Below are positions 36,375 through 38,025 of a stretch of DNA of 38,025 bases, piece after piece (position 1 is the stretch's first letter; each line of letters begins with the position of its first letter). The position numbers were made by a program, and so were the translations under genes. The notes beneath the pieces are model-generated. The model had not been told where the DNA came from. It worked only from the letters and a program-made list of their open reading frames with translations, and searched no databases. This stretch comes from Candidatus Woesearchaeota archaeon (GTDB lineage: Archaea > Nanobdellota > Nanobdellia > SCGC-AAA011-G17 > JACPNG01): the NCBI GenBank assembly GCA_017609525.1, contig JAFCDT010000008.1, forward strand, positions 1-38,025, written 5' to 3'.

Positions 36375-38025
36375 ATCTTTAGGCTAACAACTTTAGAAAT
36401 TTCGTTTTGCATTGATACTCCATAAATTTGATCTGCTTCTGTAATTACTGCATCATTATGAGAAATAACAATGTATTGTGAGTTATTTGCATATTTCTGA
36501 ATTAGCTTAGATACGATCTCAGAATTCTTCTTGTCCAGTGCTGCATCAACCTCATCAAAGAAATAAAAAGATGATGGAGAATATTCTTGTATGGAAAAGA
36601 TAAAGGCCAGGGCCGCCATTGTTTTTTCTCCTCCAGATAGGGATCTTATATCCAGGAATTTATTACCAACTATCCTAACTTTAATATCCAAGCCTGCATC
36701 AAAAATTGTTTCTGGTTCTTCTAATTCCAGGTGTGCTGTTCCTTTTGTTGAGAGTTCTTGGAAGATTCTTTTGAAATTATTATTTATTTCATTATAGGTT
36801 TTCATGAATAGGTCTTTCTTTTTACTGTCGATTTCTTGCATCATATCAAGAACATCATTTTTCTCTAGTTTTAGTTTTTCTACTTTGTCTACTATTTTTT
36901 GGTATTCTTTTTCAATATCTTTATAGACCTCTAATGCTTTTAGATTAACATTGCCTAATCTATTCAGAGAAGCTTCTGCATTTCTTATTCTATACTTTAA
37001 TTCCTCTAAACTTAATCCCTTTTTCAGCTTAACATCAATAAAATCTTCAAATTCTTTATTTAATCCTTCTAATTCTGCTGTTATTTTTGCTTTTTCTAGA
37101 GACAGATTATTTTTTCTATATTCTAAACCCTTTATTTTTTCCTCTTCTCTGACTATCTTTGTTTCTTTTTTGTTTATTTCTTCATTAAGCTTGTTTCTTT
37201 TTGAGAACATATTCTTAAAATTCGAATAGAATTTCTTTTCTGTTGTTTGATTTTGTTTTAGCTTAATCGTTTGTTCTTGTATTAGCCCTTTAAGTTCTTT
37301 GAGTTGTTGTATAAAGGTTTGTTTTTCTTTTTCTTGATCTTCTATGATTTTATTTATTCTTTCTTCTTCTTTTTTATAGATATTATTGATTTGCATATCT
37401 ATATTCTTGATATTTGTTCTTATTTCAGTTAGTTTATTACTAATTCTTTCTTTTTCTTGTTCTATTTTATCTAGATTGCCAGGTTTATCTCTTTGGAATT
37501 TTTCTTTGATATTCTCTTTTGATGACTTTAGGCTGTCTAATTTAGTTAGCGATGATTTTAGTTCTGAAGTTATTTTTGAAAGTTCCTTATTTGTTTGAGA
37601 AAGTTCTTTTTCAATATTTGCTGATTTACTTTTTAATTCTTTTATGTTCTTAAAATCTCCAATTTTTTCAAATTTGATAATTTCCCCTTCTAGCTCGGAT
37701 TTTTTCTGCTTTAATTCATGCATAATGTTCTCGTTTTCTAATCTTCTTTTTTCAAGTATATCAATAGATTCTTTTATTTTACTAACTTCTTCTTTTAATT
37801 TATTTAAATTGGAAGATATTTCTTTTTGTTTGAATCCTACTCCTGGTTTTCTATGGCCCCCCATCATTGCTCCGCTAGTTTCTAACAAAGTTCCATCCAA
37901 GGTTACCATTCTCGCTTTGCCAATACCTACTTTTCTTGCTGTTTCTAGATTTTCCAGCACCAATGTTGAACCAAATACATAACTGAAAATATTTTTGAAT
38001 TTATGATCAAAATCAATTAAATCTA
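36371..38025 (-). CDS. smc: chromosome segregation protein SMC, C-terminal half (5' end beyond the window)
   Basis: Frame open to the window edge (DLIDFDHKFKNIFSYVFGST); hinge RMVTLDG..SGAMMGG, coiled coil, LSGGE, FFDEVDAALD. Confidence 0.95.
   Translation of the reverse strand, partial: DLIDFDHKFKNIFSYVFGSTLVLENLETARKVGIGKARMVTLDGTLLETSGAMMGGHRKPGVGFKQKEISSNLNKLKEEVSKIKESIDILEKRRLENENIMHELKQKKSELEGEIIKFEKIGDFKNIKELKSKSANIEKELSQTNKELSKITSELKSSLTKLDSLKSSKENIKEKFQRDKPGNLDKIEQEKERISNKLTEIRTNIKNIDMQINNIYKKEEERINKIIEDQEKEKQTFIQQLKELKGLIQEQTIKLKQNQTTEKKFYSNFKNMFSKRNKLNEEINKKETKIVREEEKIKGLEYRKNNLSLEKAKITAELEGLNKEFEDFIDVKLKKGLSLEELKYRIRNAEASLNRLGNVNLKALEVYKDIEKEYQKIVDKVEKLKLEKNDVLDMMQEIDSKKKDLFMKTYNEINNNFKRIFQELSTKGTAHLELEEPETIFDAGLDIKVRIVGNKFLDIRSLSGGEKTMAALAFIFSIQEYSPSSFYFFDEVDAALDKKNSEIVSKLIQKYANNSQYIVISHNDAVITEADQIYGVSMQNEISKVVSLKI

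Noticed and set aside
1818-37982. Numerous 60-212 aa ORFs antisense to recognised genes (e.g. 4816-5454, 13360-13620, 34719-35168, 35429-35875, 37644-37982)
   Set aside because: Shadow frames of well-supported genes, with Ser/Phe/Ile-biased composition and no motifs
1-38025. CRISPR array, IS element or alternative genetic code
   Set aside because: No regularly spaced repeats or transposase seen; TAA, TAG and TGA all end conserved genes at the expected positions

Overview
AT-rich archaeal chromosomal segment, most likely from a DPANN lineage (Woesearchaeota/Pacearchaeota-like; inferred from rpl37ae-rpoP-prefoldin-UPF0147-sepF, GatDE, TrmB, ATP-dependent ligase, TATA-box promoters, dense gene packing and short genes). 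It holds about 45 CDS and one intronless tRNA-Trp(CCA). I saw no CRISPR array, transposase, integrase or phage genes. Most genes are housekeeping: ftsZ, smc (runs off the window), lig, gatD/gatE, glnA, dusB, a MacB-type ABC system, and a malic enzyme/2-oxoacid:ferredoxin oxidoreductase/ADP-forming acetyl-CoA synthetase cluster. The best candidate for an undescribed system is a divergent cluster carrying a bacterial-type Lgt with intact motifs and a DUF1461/Lit-like transacylase, next to a membrane thioredoxin, a Tyr-rich secreted protein and HtrA. Lit chemistry needs ester-linked acyl chains, which is unexpected in an archaeon. Other points: a GH15 gene apparently starting at ATA, a sufS broken by a deletion/frameshift, a GatE lacking its AspRS-like insertion, a long structured leader and a C-rich 3' element around ftsZ, a bacterial-type guanylate kinase, and two small genes missed by the ORF track. 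All family calls come from recognising motifs by eye; no searches were run.
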